A program made the translations under genes and the position numbers. The notes below the pieces were generated by a model, which saw only the letters and a program-made list of their open reading frames with translations, was not told the DNA's origin and made no database searches. This document shows positions 55,132 to 64,000 of a stretch of DNA of 64,000 nt, in pieces (the first letter of the stretch is position 1; each line of letters starts with the position of its first letter). The DNA is from Chitinophagaceae bacterium (GTDB taxonomy: Bacteria; Bacteroidota; Bacteroidia; Chitinophagales; Chitinophagaceae), in NCBI GenBank assembly GCA_036520835.1, contig DATDIX010000324.1:17332-81331 (forward strand), read 5' to 3'.

Positions 55132-58100
55132 TTATAAACTTACATTGATACCAAAAGAAATAGTCCTTAATGTTGGATAAAAACCAAAGTTAGATGTATA
55201 AGGATCTTTATATTTTAATGGGTTTGCTATATTCCAAAGGTTAGTACCAGTGATCATAAATCTTATATCAGGAATACCTATTTTGGCCGAAATGTCTTTA
55301 GGCAACTGGTAAGAAAGAACCATATTATTTATCCTGCTTTGTGTACCATTAACAGCCCAAAAAGTTGAATTGGCGGTTACAAGCGGAGCATCTGCCCTCG
55401 GGAATTTTCCATTAGGATTTTCAGGCGACCAATGATCTGCCCAGAATTTAGCTGCGTTCCGCACAGTAGTGGGAGCAAGTCTTGCGTCGGAATCATAGAA
55501 ACGTTTACCACCTATTGAAAGGTTGATATTCATTGACAACCTGAAAGTCTTATAGCTGGCACCGATTGTAAATCCAGAGGCAACAACAGGTGTAGTCTTG
55601 TCGAACATCAAAGTAGCATCTCCTGCTTCAGTAATTTGGCCGTCGCCGTTTATGTCTTCAAAATCCATGAATCCAACTTGTGGTTTTACTCCACCTATCA
55701 GGTAATTCGGGTTCTTTGCAAGAATGGCATCAACCTCTGCCTGTGTTCTCAAAATTCCCTTTGCTTTGTAGCCAATGTTGTTGCTGTTGTACGTACGTGG
55801 GTCACGGCCGACCAGAATGCCTAATTGATCATTACCAAACTGACCCAAAAGACTTTCATTATAATATGATTGCGTTAACTGGCTATTTGTAAGTGCGAAG
55901 TTGACATCCACATTGAAGCCCCAATCTTTTCCAAATCTTGTACGATACCCGAGTCCAAACTCGGCACCCCAGCTTAATTGTTTATAGTAATTAACAACCG
56001 GTGGTGTAGTACCTACAGTTGGCGGGAAAACCTGGGCTGAATAAGTATCATATCCGTCGTAAGTATAACGCTGATAAAAATCTGCTGTTATAGTGAACTT
56101 GTTCTTTAAAATAGTGGCATCAAATCCCAGATTAAGGCTTCTTGCCTTTTCCCATGTAATTAAGGGGTTTGGATAAATACTTGGATCCAGTCCACTGGTG
56201 GCAGTATTACCAAACAGAATACCTGTTGTTTGCGAAAAACGTGACTCCCACAAACGGGCACCTAACCTGTCTTCCCCGACTAATCCATAAGTTGCTCTAA
56301 GTTTAAGGCTGTTTACAAAATTTATATTATTGAAGAAGTCCTCATCACTTATTTTCCAGCCTATGCCTATTGATGGGAAAAAGCCCCATCTCTCTTCAGG
56401 CAAAAAATTCACAGACGCATCAGCCCGGCCAATAAACTCGAAGAAATACTTTCCCTGAAAAGAATAGTTGGCACGGGTAATATAAGAACGTTTTGCAGTG
56501 ATGAATGCCTGCGTTGGCCTTACCACTTCGTTTATACTGCCAATAGCAGTAGGATCATTACTGAATGCCCAAAACTCATCTACACCGGCAACTATTTGTG
56601 TAACTTTATTCAAAAGAACATTTCGACTTTCCGATTCGCTTTGATCAAAACCTGCCATTACATCAAACTCATGTTCACGAATTTTTCTTCCGTATGATAG
56701 TGTACCAAAAAATTGATAGTTATTTGAAATAGTGTTTCCTTCCTGTATCTGGTCATTGTTGGCAATTCTTACAGTAGGACTTGCTGGTGGTGGCACCAAT
56801 TGATCGGAATACAATAAACTATTTTGACCTCTGCGCTGTAGATTTGCTACATTATAAGATGCAAAATATCCTTTGGCGATGGCATTCCTGTTGTTCTGGC
56901 CAAATTGTACTCTTGCAGTCAAGCCCTTTACAAATTTCGGCTTCCATTCTAAAGAGGCATTCACAGCAAGTCCTTGAGATCTGCTATCCCTGTAAGACCC
57001 GGACCTTTGCACTCCCAGGAAACTCCAGTTTTGATTTTGCGGAGATGAATTATTTGCACCCTGGAACCCAACCAATTTGTCGCCTAATATTACAGGCACC
57101 CATTTAGGGGTCAGGTATAATGGTCGTATCGTGGCGTCATCGTTGTCCGTCTGTGCACTTGAATGATTATTACTATATTCCTTATTGAAATCAGTGGCAA
57201 AAGTGACATCAGCAGTAAGGCCGTCAATAATTTTCGCATTCATGCCTGCACGAAGACTATATTTATTGACCTCAATTTTGCCATAATTACCTTTCTCGTT
57301 ATAATAATTTCCTCCGGCAAAAAATGTAATCTTATCGGTACCGCCGGAAACGGTTACTGTGTGCCTTTGCACTTTACCATTCTTCCAGAAATAATCAAAC
57401 CATGATTCGTCTTCGATTCCTTTTAATGAATCCAGATCAGCCTGGGAAAAACGTTGATTCAATGGGGCACCAGTTAACTCAAAGCCATTATTTAAAAATT
57501 TGGCATGTTCATAAGCTGTCAGTGTTTGAGGATCTACAGTTGGAGTAGATACCCCGTAATACCCGGAATAGGAAATTTTAGGTTTGCCTACTTTACCTCT
57601 TTTTGTAGTGATCAACACCACCCCTTTTGCACCGGCCGCGCCATAAATTGCTGCGGATGCATCCTTCAGAAATACAATATCTTCTATCTGGCTTGCATCC
57701 AGGTTTTCGAAGAAATCCGCATTTGACGATTGAGCCCATTGTGCAGGGTTGGAAATGATCCCATCAATAACAATTAAAGGCTGGCTGGTAACCCCACCAG
57801 CGTTACCTGGAAAACTAGCCGGAGCAGTAGTTGAATTACGAAGATTAAGTGTTGTAGTAGAGCCTGGTTTACCTGAGCTAAAGTTTACTGTCACTCCCGG
57901 TACCCTGTTGACCAAAGCCGAAGGCAAATTAGCAACATTTATATCTTCAATCTCTGATGCTTTTAAGGTAGAAACAGCGCCTTGTACATTCACTCTCTTT
58001 TTTGTACCGTACCCTACTACCACCACATCTTCCATTTTATTATCCAGTTTAAAAAGGGAGATAGACATAGCAGAACCTGATCCCACTTTTACTTCGTAAA

Positions 58101-58350
58101 CGCCAAAGCCAACATATGAAAAGGTAAGCACCGATTCAGCTGATGGGACATTGATGGTAAAATCACCTGTCGCATTGGTAGTGGTTATATTTTGTGTATT
58201 CTTAACCTTTACCGTCACCCCTTCGAGAGGCGACTTTGTTTCCTCGTCAATTACTTTACCGGTAATTGTTTTTTCCTGCGCAAAAGCGGTGAGGGAACTG
58301 CCGGCAATCAATAGTAATAGCAGCAGCTTGGGTAGTCGCAGTCGATTCAT
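55132..58350 (-). CDS. SusC/RagA-family TonB-dependent outer-membrane transporter (pair 2)
   Basis: The 1072-aa product has a signal peptide, a carboxypeptidase-regulatory-like domain (ITGKVIDEETKSPLEGVTV) and a plug (VVVVGYGTKKRVNVQGAVS). No STN domain is present. Confidence 0.9.
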   Translation of the reverse strand: MNRLRLPKLLLLLLIAGSSLTAFAQEKTITGKVIDEETKSPLEGVTVKVKNTQNITTTNATGDFTINVPSAESVLTFSYVGFGVYEVKVGSGSAMSISLFKLDNKMEDVVVVGYGTKKRVNVQGAVSTLKASEIEDINVANLPSALVNRVPGVTVNFSSGKPGSTTTLNLRNSTTAPASFPGNAGGVTSQPLIVIDGIISNPAQWAQSSNADFFENLDASQIEDIVFLKDASAAIYGAAGAKGVVLITTKRGKVGKPKISYSGYYGVSTPTVDPQTLTAYEHAKFLNNGFELTGAPLNQRFSQADLDSLKGIEDESWFDYFWKNGKVQRHTVTVSGGTDKITFFAGGNYYNEKGNYGKIEVNKYSLRAGMNAKIIDGLTADVTFATDFNKEYSNNHSSAQTDNDDATIRPLYLTPKWVPVILGDKLVGFQGANNSSPQNQNWSFLGVQRSGSYRDSRSQGLAVNASLEWKPKFVKGLTARVQFGQNNRNAIAKGYFASYNVANLQRRGQNSLLYSDQLVPPPASPTVRIANNDQIQEGNTISNNYQFFGTLSYGRKIREHEFDVMAGFDQSESESRNVLLNKVTQIVAGVDEFWAFSNDPTAIGSINEVVRPTQAFITAKRSYITRANYSFQGKYFFEFIGRADASVNFLPEERWGFFPSIGIGWKISDEDFFNNINFVNSLKLRATYGLVGEDRLGARLWESRFSQTTGILFGNTATSGLDPSIYPNPLITWEKARSLNLGFDATILKNKFTITADFYQRYTYDGYDTYSAQVFPPTVGTTPPVVNYYKQLSWGAEFGLGYRTRFGKDWGFNVDVNFALTNSQLTQSYYNESLLGQFGNDQLGILVGRDPRTYNSNNIGYKAKGILRTQAEVDAILAKNPNYLIGGVKPQVGFMDFEDINGDGQITEAGDATLMFDKTTPVVASGFTIGASYKTFRLSMNINLSIGGKRFYDSDARLAPTTVRNAAKFWADHWSPENPNGKFPRADAPLVTANSTFWAVNGTQSRINNMVLSYQLPKDISAKIGIPDIRFMITGTNLWNIANPLKYKDPYTSNFGFYPTLRTISFGINVSL

Positions 58351-58398
58351 ATAGCATTTAGTTTTTATGATGTAGAGAAATTAAAGCAATCAGTTAGT

Positions 58399-59181
58399 TT
58401 ACTGCATTGATCGTTTCTTTGCAGCTTCCCGTTCCTTTATTCTTTTCTGCCATTCTTCTCCTTCCTTTTTCATATCGTAGCCGGCAGCAGAAAGGTAATT
58501 ATTGATCTTCCCTTTATATTTTCCAAAAACCTTGTGTTTATCATCAGATGAGCCTTCGTCCATCGCAAGTTCCCTTGCTTCCTTCAGCCAATTGTATATC
58601 TTATCTTTTTGTTCGGGGCTCAGGTTGGGCAGCATATCCAGGTATGCGCCGTAGGTAATGGGGAAAACCCTGTAGGTCATTCCATCTTTTACTTTTTCCA
58701 ACTGGTCTTCCGTCAGGCTTTCCTTTAAATGAGCAATAAAGCCACTGTGAAGCTGCAATAGCTGTGAAGATTTTTTTTCCTCCAGTCTTTTTATTGATGC
58801 TGCTCTCTCCTCGCCGGATACTGATTGTGTACTTATTTCCGCCATGGCCGCCTTACTTTGTTCATGCACAGCATTAAGCCGGGCATACTGACCAACCAGT
58901 TCATTCAGCACTTTATCATACTTACCCGAGTCCGTCAAACCCAGTGTGCTCACGATCTTAGCCGCCCTTTCTGTGATAACTTTTTTGTATTCTGCTTCCT
59001 TTTGCATCGCATCAACCGGCTGCGCATATACCTGCAAACAAAAAATTGCAGCAGCGGTCAGCAGTAGTATTCTTAAAAAAGAGGATAAAGTAAAAAAGAA
59101 GGATGGAAAAGAAATGCTTGTTTCGGCTATAAAAGCCTTTTTGTACGAAATATCATTATTGGCAAGCAGAACCTGTTTCAT
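58399..59181 (-). CDS. DUF3826-family secreted protein (paralog 2); first gene of the susCD-2 operon
   Basis: The track start at 59223 is TTG, so I prefer the ATG at 59181 (MKQVLL...). The hydrophobic leader is ILLLTAAAIFCLQVYAQ. The product shares the pattern KDGMTYRVFPITYGAYLDMLP.../AREL with the 26598-27323 protein. Confidence 0.6.
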   Translation of the reverse strand: MKQVLLANNDISYKKAFIAETSISFPSFFFTLSSFLRILLLTAAAIFCLQVYAQPVDAMQKEAEYKKVITERAAKIVSTLGLTDSGKYDKVLNELVGQYARLNAVHEQSKAAMAEISTQSVSGEERAASIKRLEEKKSSQLLQLHSGFIAHLKESLTEDQLEKVKDGMTYRVFPITYGAYLDMLPNLSPEQKDKIYNWLKEARELAMDEGSSDDKHKVFGKYKGKINNYLSAAGYDMKKEGEEWQKRIKEREAAKKRSMQ

Positions 59182-59247
59182 CCGGAAAGTTTTTATCGTT
59201 AGGAAAAATGAATGATCGTCCAACTAATACCATTTTCATTCATCCAC

Positions 59248-59316
59248 CTAAAGGTACATGGACACTAAACCCTTAAAAATGTAAGGTTTCGCTATAAAGA
59301 TGGAAGATTTTACTAT
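59248..59316 (-). promoter_or_regulatory. Operator-promoter module, copy 3, upstream of the DUF3826-susC-susD operon
   Basis: The minus strand reads ATAGTAAAATCTTCCATCTTTATAG (59316..59292), then exactly 35 nt, then TACCTTTAG (59256..59248). Confidence 0.6.
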
Positions 59317-59362
59317 TTAATTCAGGAAATAGCTTCCGGGAACGATTGCGTAAATCCCGGCC

Positions 59363-61804
59363 TCAGTCGCTCGTTTTCAGGGATAAAAAGACGGGCAACA
59401 ATCCTGTACTGTCTGCCCTTAATGTAATATTTCCCTTTTTTCCACTGGATTGAATAATGACCAATGCCATTCCTTTCCAGCATTTCCTATTATGACTCTT
59501 TAAAGAGAGGGTGTCTGCCTGGTAACCGTTGTCAGTTCCGGCGATAATGCCTGCTCCTGAAACAGAGAATTTGATAAGATTGTCCGCATCCGGAACCAGG
59601 TTGCCATTTTTATCCAAAACTCTTACAGCGACGAACGAAAGATCTTTTCCATCTGCTTTTATTGCTTTTCTGTCTGCAACTAATTCGATCTTTGCAGGTT
59701 TGCCGGCAGTTTTGATCTGCCTGGTCAAAACGATTTTCCCATTTTTACGGGAAACAGCTTTTAATACACCTGGCTCAAATGGTACACGCCACACTACATG
59801 CAGTTCGTCATTCTCTTTCTTTCTGATACCTAATGATCTTCCGTTTAAAAATAATTCCACCTCATCCGCATTATTATAATAAGCCCATACATCTACGACC
59901 TGCCCCACCTGCCAGTTCCAATGAGGGAAAATATGCAGGACAGGTTTAGTTATCCATTTACTTTGATACATATAATACACATCTTTGGGAAAACCCGCCA
60001 GGTCAATGATGCCATAATACGAACTGCGGGCAGGCCAGGGATAAGGTACAGGCTCACCGAGGAAATCAAAACCGCTCCATACAAAACATCCGGCAATGAA
60101 ATCATGTTTGTTGACTGCCTGTAATGCTTGTTCATGCGTAGCTCCCCAATAAGCATATGCATGGTCGTAAGCGGAAACCGTCATATCCGGGTTGCCCTTT
60201 ACAAAGGGCTGCTTTGAGTCAGGCGGCCAGATGCGCATACTGTCAGAAGGCTGGTCATACACTCCACGGGTAGCCAATGCTGAAACGGTTTCGCTGGCCA
60301 GTATCTTTTGCCCGGGAAAACGGGATGGCAGGTCTTTATAATCATAGAGTTTATAGTTAAACCCCAGTACATCCAATACTCCCGATCGGTAAATAAAATT
60401 TTTATCCGGAAAATTTTCTGTCAGCGCATTGGTCACAGGTCTTGTCGTATCCAAAGCTTTTACTATCGCCGTTAACTCTTTTGTAAGAGCAATGCCTGTA
60501 CTGTCAAACTGTTCCCTGATCTCGTTACCAATACTCCACATAAATACAGAGGGATGGTTCCTGTCACGCAATACCATCGCTTCAATATCCCTTTTATACC
60601 ATTCTTTGAAGTCGAGGTGGTAATCATACCTGTTCTTTCGCTTCTGCCACATATCAAATGCTTCATCCATGACCAGGAAACCCATTTCGTCACAGAGATC
60701 AAGAAACTCAGCAGCGGGAGGATTATGTGCCGTTCGGATGGCATTGCACCCCATTTCTTTTAATATTTTCAATTGTCTTTTTGCTGCGGCTTTATTAAAA
60801 GCTGCCCCCAATGCACCTAAGTCATGGTGCATGCAAACGCCTTTTATTTTTAGTGGCTTGCCGTTGATAAAAAAACCTTTTTGAGCATCGAAGTTGAAAA
60901 AACGAATTCCGAAGCTGGTGGTAACATTATCCAGCAGTTCATTCCTGGTGCTTAATAGCTCAAGTTTTAATTTGTATAAATAGGGGCTTGTTGTACTCCA
61001 TAAAACCGGGTGAGGGATTTTAATACTATAGTTTATCCCTCCGATCTCATTCACACTGCCAGCATTATATGTTTGAGCAAAGATCGTTTTACCCTCTGCA
61101 GACAAAACTGAAACCCTGGCTTTATGCGCTAAGTAATGAGCTGAAACGGTTTCAATAACCCCGGAAACGTTAACAATAGCGGAGTCTTTACTTATAAAAG
61201 GAGTAGTAATAAATAATGATCCGTCATTAATATGATTTGCACCGGTGGCGATCAGCTTCACATTCCGATAGATTCCCGAGCCACTATACCATCGTGAATT
61301 GGGCTGCTGGCTATTATCCACTTTTACAACAATAATATTCTTCACCGGAGCCTGTTTTATATACTCAGTAATATCATACTGAAATGAAATATACCCGTTA
61401 GGTCGTTTACCGAGGTAATGCCCGTTTATCCATACTTCACTGTTACGATATACACCGTCAAATTCGATGCTTATATTTTTATTCTCCGATGATGCGGGCA
61501 CTACAAATGTCTTGCGGTACCAACCGATCCCTCCCGGTAAGGCACCACCCTGGTTAGTGGCTGGATATTCTTTTGAAAAATCACTTTCAATACTCCAATC
61601 ATGCGGAAGATTCAGTGCCCGCCACTTTGCATCATCATAATCAGCCTTAATCGCAGTACTGTCATTGCCCAAAAAGAATTTCCAGTTCTTATTGAAATCA
61701 ATAACACTCCTCGGGGAGGATTGCGCATACGAAAGTTGTACAACTGCCAGCAAAAAAAGCGAGATAAAGTATTTGAGCTGTTTCAAATTATAAAAGAGTT
61801 TCAT
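59363..61804 (-). CDS. GH2 beta-galactosidase-like glycosidase
   Basis: The 813-aa product has a signal peptide, the motif NAIRTAHNPPAAEFLDLCDEMGFLVMDE and the acid/base region WSIGNEI. Its start overlaps the upstream stop in an ATGA arrangement. Confidence 0.88.
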   Translation of the reverse strand: MKLFYNLKQLKYFISLFLLAVVQLSYAQSSPRSVIDFNKNWKFFLGNDSTAIKADYDDAKWRALNLPHDWSIESDFSKEYPATNQGGALPGGIGWYRKTFVVPASSENKNISIEFDGVYRNSEVWINGHYLGKRPNGYISFQYDITEYIKQAPVKNIIVVKVDNSQQPNSRWYSGSGIYRNVKLIATGANHINDGSLFITTPFISKDSAIVNVSGVIETVSAHYLAHKARVSVLSAEGKTIFAQTYNAGSVNEIGGINYSIKIPHPVLWSTTSPYLYKLKLELLSTRNELLDNVTTSFGIRFFNFDAQKGFFINGKPLKIKGVCMHHDLGALGAAFNKAAAKRQLKILKEMGCNAIRTAHNPPAAEFLDLCDEMGFLVMDEAFDMWQKRKNRYDYHLDFKEWYKRDIEAMVLRDRNHPSVFMWSIGNEIREQFDSTGIALTKELTAIVKALDTTRPVTNALTENFPDKNFIYRSGVLDVLGFNYKLYDYKDLPSRFPGQKILASETVSALATRGVYDQPSDSMRIWPPDSKQPFVKGNPDMTVSAYDHAYAYWGATHEQALQAVNKHDFIAGCFVWSGFDFLGEPVPYPWPARSSYYGIIDLAGFPKDVYYMYQSKWITKPVLHIFPHWNWQVGQVVDVWAYYNNADEVELFLNGRSLGIRKKENDELHVVWRVPFEPGVLKAVSRKNGKIVLTRQIKTAGKPAKIELVADRKAIKADGKDLSFVAVRVLDKNGNLVPDADNLIKFSVSGAGIIAGTDNGYQADTLSLKSHNRKCWKGMALVIIQSSGKKGNITLRADSTGLLPVFLSLKTSD

Positions 61805-64000
61805 TTCAACTTTACAATATACTGGTAATTCCCCGACCCGGTCTTTACCGGTTTCTTACCGCCAGGTAAATAAATTTCTGCTGTTGTATTCGCCGGTATG
61901 GTCACATTCAGCACAAATGAGTCATTCGTTTTCGTCCAGCCTGTTTGTATTTTACCATAGGGAGAATGGTAACCGGCGTTTGCATAAGTGATATCCCCAA
62001 CCAGTTGCGGCCTGATCTCAATTTTTTTATAGGCCACTCCATCTTTCGCTTGTTTGATACCACAAAGCCCGGCATAGAACCATTCCATCAGGTGACCAAG
62101 CATAAAATGATTATTGGAAACAATCGTTAAACCCTGCCAGCTCTCTGTTAATGCGGTAGCCCCGTTTTTTAACTGGTACCCATAGCCAGGAACATCATCG
62201 CGGTTGTTCATATCAAATATCACATCGCTGCGGCCGGCATCTTCCAGTGCCCGCAACACATAACGGTAACCAATATCACCTGCCGTCAATGCATTGTTCC
62301 GGCCGCGGATATCTTTTATCAATGCGTTTGTCACTGCAGTTCTGTATTGTGGCTCCACCAAACCCATGAACAGCGCCATAGCATTGGCTGCCTGGCTGGC
62401 AGAATCATACTGCAATTTTTGTTGATCAAAAAAATGCTGGTTGAATGATCTTTTAACATCAGCAGCCTGTTGCGTAAATATGCTTACATCACCAGGCTTG
62501 TTCAGCAATTTTGCTACCTGCATCATGATCGTAAGGTCATAATAATAAGTGGCGGTGCCGGTAATGCCCATCTTCGTCATTTGGGAAACACCGGGACGTG
62601 TAGGCCCGATATCATACCAGTCGCCCAGCCCATGTGATAAAATATTATCCTTCGCTCTATTCTTTAAATACATGATATAGCCCTTCATCATGCTATACGA
62701 TTCCATCAGTGTTTGTTTATCACCATACCATTGATAATTATACCAGGGCAAAATGATAGCAGCACTTCCCCATTCCGGCGATTCATCAAAGGGTGCGGTG
62801 AAGCTGGTGAACTCCGGTGCTATCTCCGGTATCTTACCATCAGGATATTGTGCATGCATCATGTCAATGATCATCTTCCTGTTGAGGAGTGCAATATCAT
62901 AACCATAATGAACAGAACTACCCATCAGGTATAATTGTTCCAGCCAGCCCAATTTTTCACGATGCGGACAATCTGTGAACAAACTAACCGTATTACTTTT
63001 AATGGCCCAGTCGATCAGCCTGTTGGTTTTATTGAACAGCTCATTCGAGCAATTGAAGGAACCCATGGTCTGTGCCGCATTACGTATATGCAAACCTTCA
63101 ATATTCAGCACTTCAGGCTTTTTTTGCAGGCTGTCCTTGGGGATACAGTTCACCTGCAGATAGCGAAACCCATAATAAGTAAACTGTGGTTGCCATGTTT
63201 CATTTCCCTCTCCTTTTAATATATAAGTAAAATAAGAAGGACTGCCCGTAGCTCTTTGATTAGCGCTGCCATCATCATTAATTAATTCTGCAGGGAATAT
63301 CCTGACAGTATCCCCTTTGCTTCCTTTCACAGTGACAGAAGGAATACCGGAAAAATTCTGACCGAGGTCATAAACCCATGACCCGGAAGATAGTTGTGAT
63401 TTTTTTGCGACACTGAACTTCTCCATCACTTTGACCGGGTCGGCCATCTGGGAGTTGAGAATGGCAGGGCCGTCGGTAATAATAACGTTCCTCCATTTAC
63501 TATCATCAAAAGATGAGGTATTCCATCCTGACTGTTCCAGGTTAGCGTCATAATCTTCCCCCCCGAATATGCTGGAATAGATAATGGGTGACGATACGGT
63601 CTTCCAGCTTTCATCGCTGATAATACTTTCCGTGGTACCATCCGTATATTCAATGATCGTACGCAATATCATTTTGGGCATTCCGTAAGCTCCTGTCATC
63701 TTTCGATAGCGCTGGCCGGGTATATAATAAAACCCGTTGCCGAGCATTACGCCAATGGTATTGTTGCCCTGTTTCAATTTATCCGTTATATCAAATGTTA
63801 TATATAATGCATGCTTGCTGTAGTTCGTCCACCCGGGATCGAGGAAATGATCACCAACTTTATTACCATTTATACTCAGCTCAAATTGTCCCAAGCCACA
63901 GACAAAGGCTGTAGCATTTTTGATCTCCTTACGAACCGAAAAATTCTTTCGCAACATTGGCAACAGATTTCTTCTTGTCCCCCATGCTCTTTTCCCGTTC
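61801..64000 (-). CDS. GH78-type alpha-L-rhamnosidase; the 5' end lies beyond the window
   Basis: The track ORF starts at a TTG (63963), but the frame stays open to position 64000 (...NGKRAWGTRRNLLPMLRKNF...). It has the N-domain pattern FVCGLGQFELSINGNKVGD and the catalytic hallmark FTDCPHREKLGWLEQ. Confidence 0.8.
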   Translation of the reverse strand, partial: NGKRAWGTRRNLLPMLRKNFSVRKEIKNATAFVCGLGQFELSINGNKVGDHFLDPGWTNYSKHALYITFDITDKLKQGNNTIGVMLGNGFYYIPGQRYRKMTGAYGMPKMILRTIIEYTDGTTESIISDESWKTVSSPIIYSSIFGGEDYDANLEQSGWNTSSFDDSKWRNVIITDGPAILNSQMADPVKVMEKFSVAKKSQLSSGSWVYDLGQNFSGIPSVTVKGSKGDTVRIFPAELINDDGSANQRATGSPSYFTYILKGEGNETWQPQFTYYGFRYLQVNCIPKDSLQKKPEVLNIEGLHIRNAAQTMGSFNCSNELFNKTNRLIDWAIKSNTVSLFTDCPHREKLGWLEQLYLMGSSVHYGYDIALLNRKMIIDMMHAQYPDGKIPEIAPEFTSFTAPFDESPEWGSAAIILPWYNYQWYGDKQTLMESYSMMKGYIMYLKNRAKDNILSHGLGDWYDIGPTRPGVSQMTKMGITGTATYYYDLTIMMQVAKLLNKPGDVSIFTQQAADVKRSFNQHFFDQQKLQYDSASQAANAMALFMGLVEPQYRTAVTNALIKDIRGRNNALTAGDIGYRYVLRALEDAGRSDVIFDMNNRDDVPGYGYQLKNGATALTESWQGLTIVSNNHFMLGHLMEWFYAGLCGIKQAKDGVAYKKIEIRPQLVGDITYANAGYHSPYGKIQTGWTKTNDSFVLNVTIPANTTAEIYLPGGKKPVKTGSGNYQYIVKLK

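Noticed and set aside
59336-59360. The stem CCGGGA / TCCCGG with a 13-nt loop, just after the GH2 stop codon and upstream of operator copy 3.
   Set aside because: The stem is short, the loop is long and no U-tract follows (AAGCUAUUUCC). It is at best a weak terminator.
1-64000. About 150 plus-strand ORFs, and short minus-strand ORFs, of 60-170 aa in the supplied track (for example 22339-22854, 26785-27261, 38433-38873 and 44608-45075).
   Set aside because: All of them lie inside, and antisense or out of frame to, long minus-strand genes with clear family signatures. Their products are low-complexity, Cys/Ser/Phe-rich shadow translations with no recognisable motifs.
1-64000. Search for tRNA, rRNA, CRISPR arrays, transposases, integrases, toxin-antitoxin systems or defence systems.
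   Set aside because: I saw none. The only non-coding stretches longer than 100 nt are 9454-9797, 14479-14675, 52164-52312 and 59224-59362, and promoters and terminators account for them. This is a visual inspection, not a covariance-model scan.

Overview
This 64-kb, moderately AT-rich window looks like a Bacteroidota locus. The evidence is SusC/SusD pairs, DUF3826 proteins and TAnnTTTG-like -7 boxes. All 39 convincing CDS lie on the minus strand, and two of them run off the window edges. One of those, a GH127 at 1-2001, is absent from the supplied ORF track because it has no stop codon in the window.

The gene content matches a pectin / rhamnogalacturonan-II (RG-II)-type polysaccharide utilisation locus:
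- two SusC/SusD pairs
- a PL1 pectate lyase
- GH127, three GH78-like rhamnosidases, two GH2, GH43 and GH140 (the apiosidase family)
- two sialidase-fold propellers
- an (alpha/alpha)6 glycosidase
- two large beta-helix proteins
- an esterase/TIM-barrel fusion
- two DUF3826 proteins

Two cytoplasmic catabolic modules embedded in the locus are the most interesting content.
1. Positions 16.9-26.6 kb encode a sialidase-like hydrolase, two SSS importers, two NanA/DHDPS-type aldolases, an Fe-ADH, a DUF1537 kinase and PdxA2. I infer an undescribed route for the RG-II ulosonic acids Dha and Kdo: Dha -> pyruvate + C4 aldehydo-acid -> D-threonate -> 4-P-D-threonate -> DHAP.
2. Positions 34.4-43.3 kb encode an RbsABC-type ABC importer with DUF2291, a GlpK-like FGGY kinase with an altered substrate pocket, a split transketolase and a FucI-superfamily isomerase. 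This resembles the transketolase route for D-apiose but has a different isomerase.

Other sequence-level observations:
- Three intergenic regions share a precisely phased 69-nt operator-promoter module, and a fourth, degenerate copy lies inside the catabolic array. No regulator gene is present in the window.
- Two clean rho-independent terminators are visible.
- A 66-nt nested palindrome sits inside the 5' coding region of a GH2 gene.
- I recognised no rRNA, tRNA, CRISPR array, transposase or integrase.

Functional calls come from motif and architecture recognition by eye, not from database searches.
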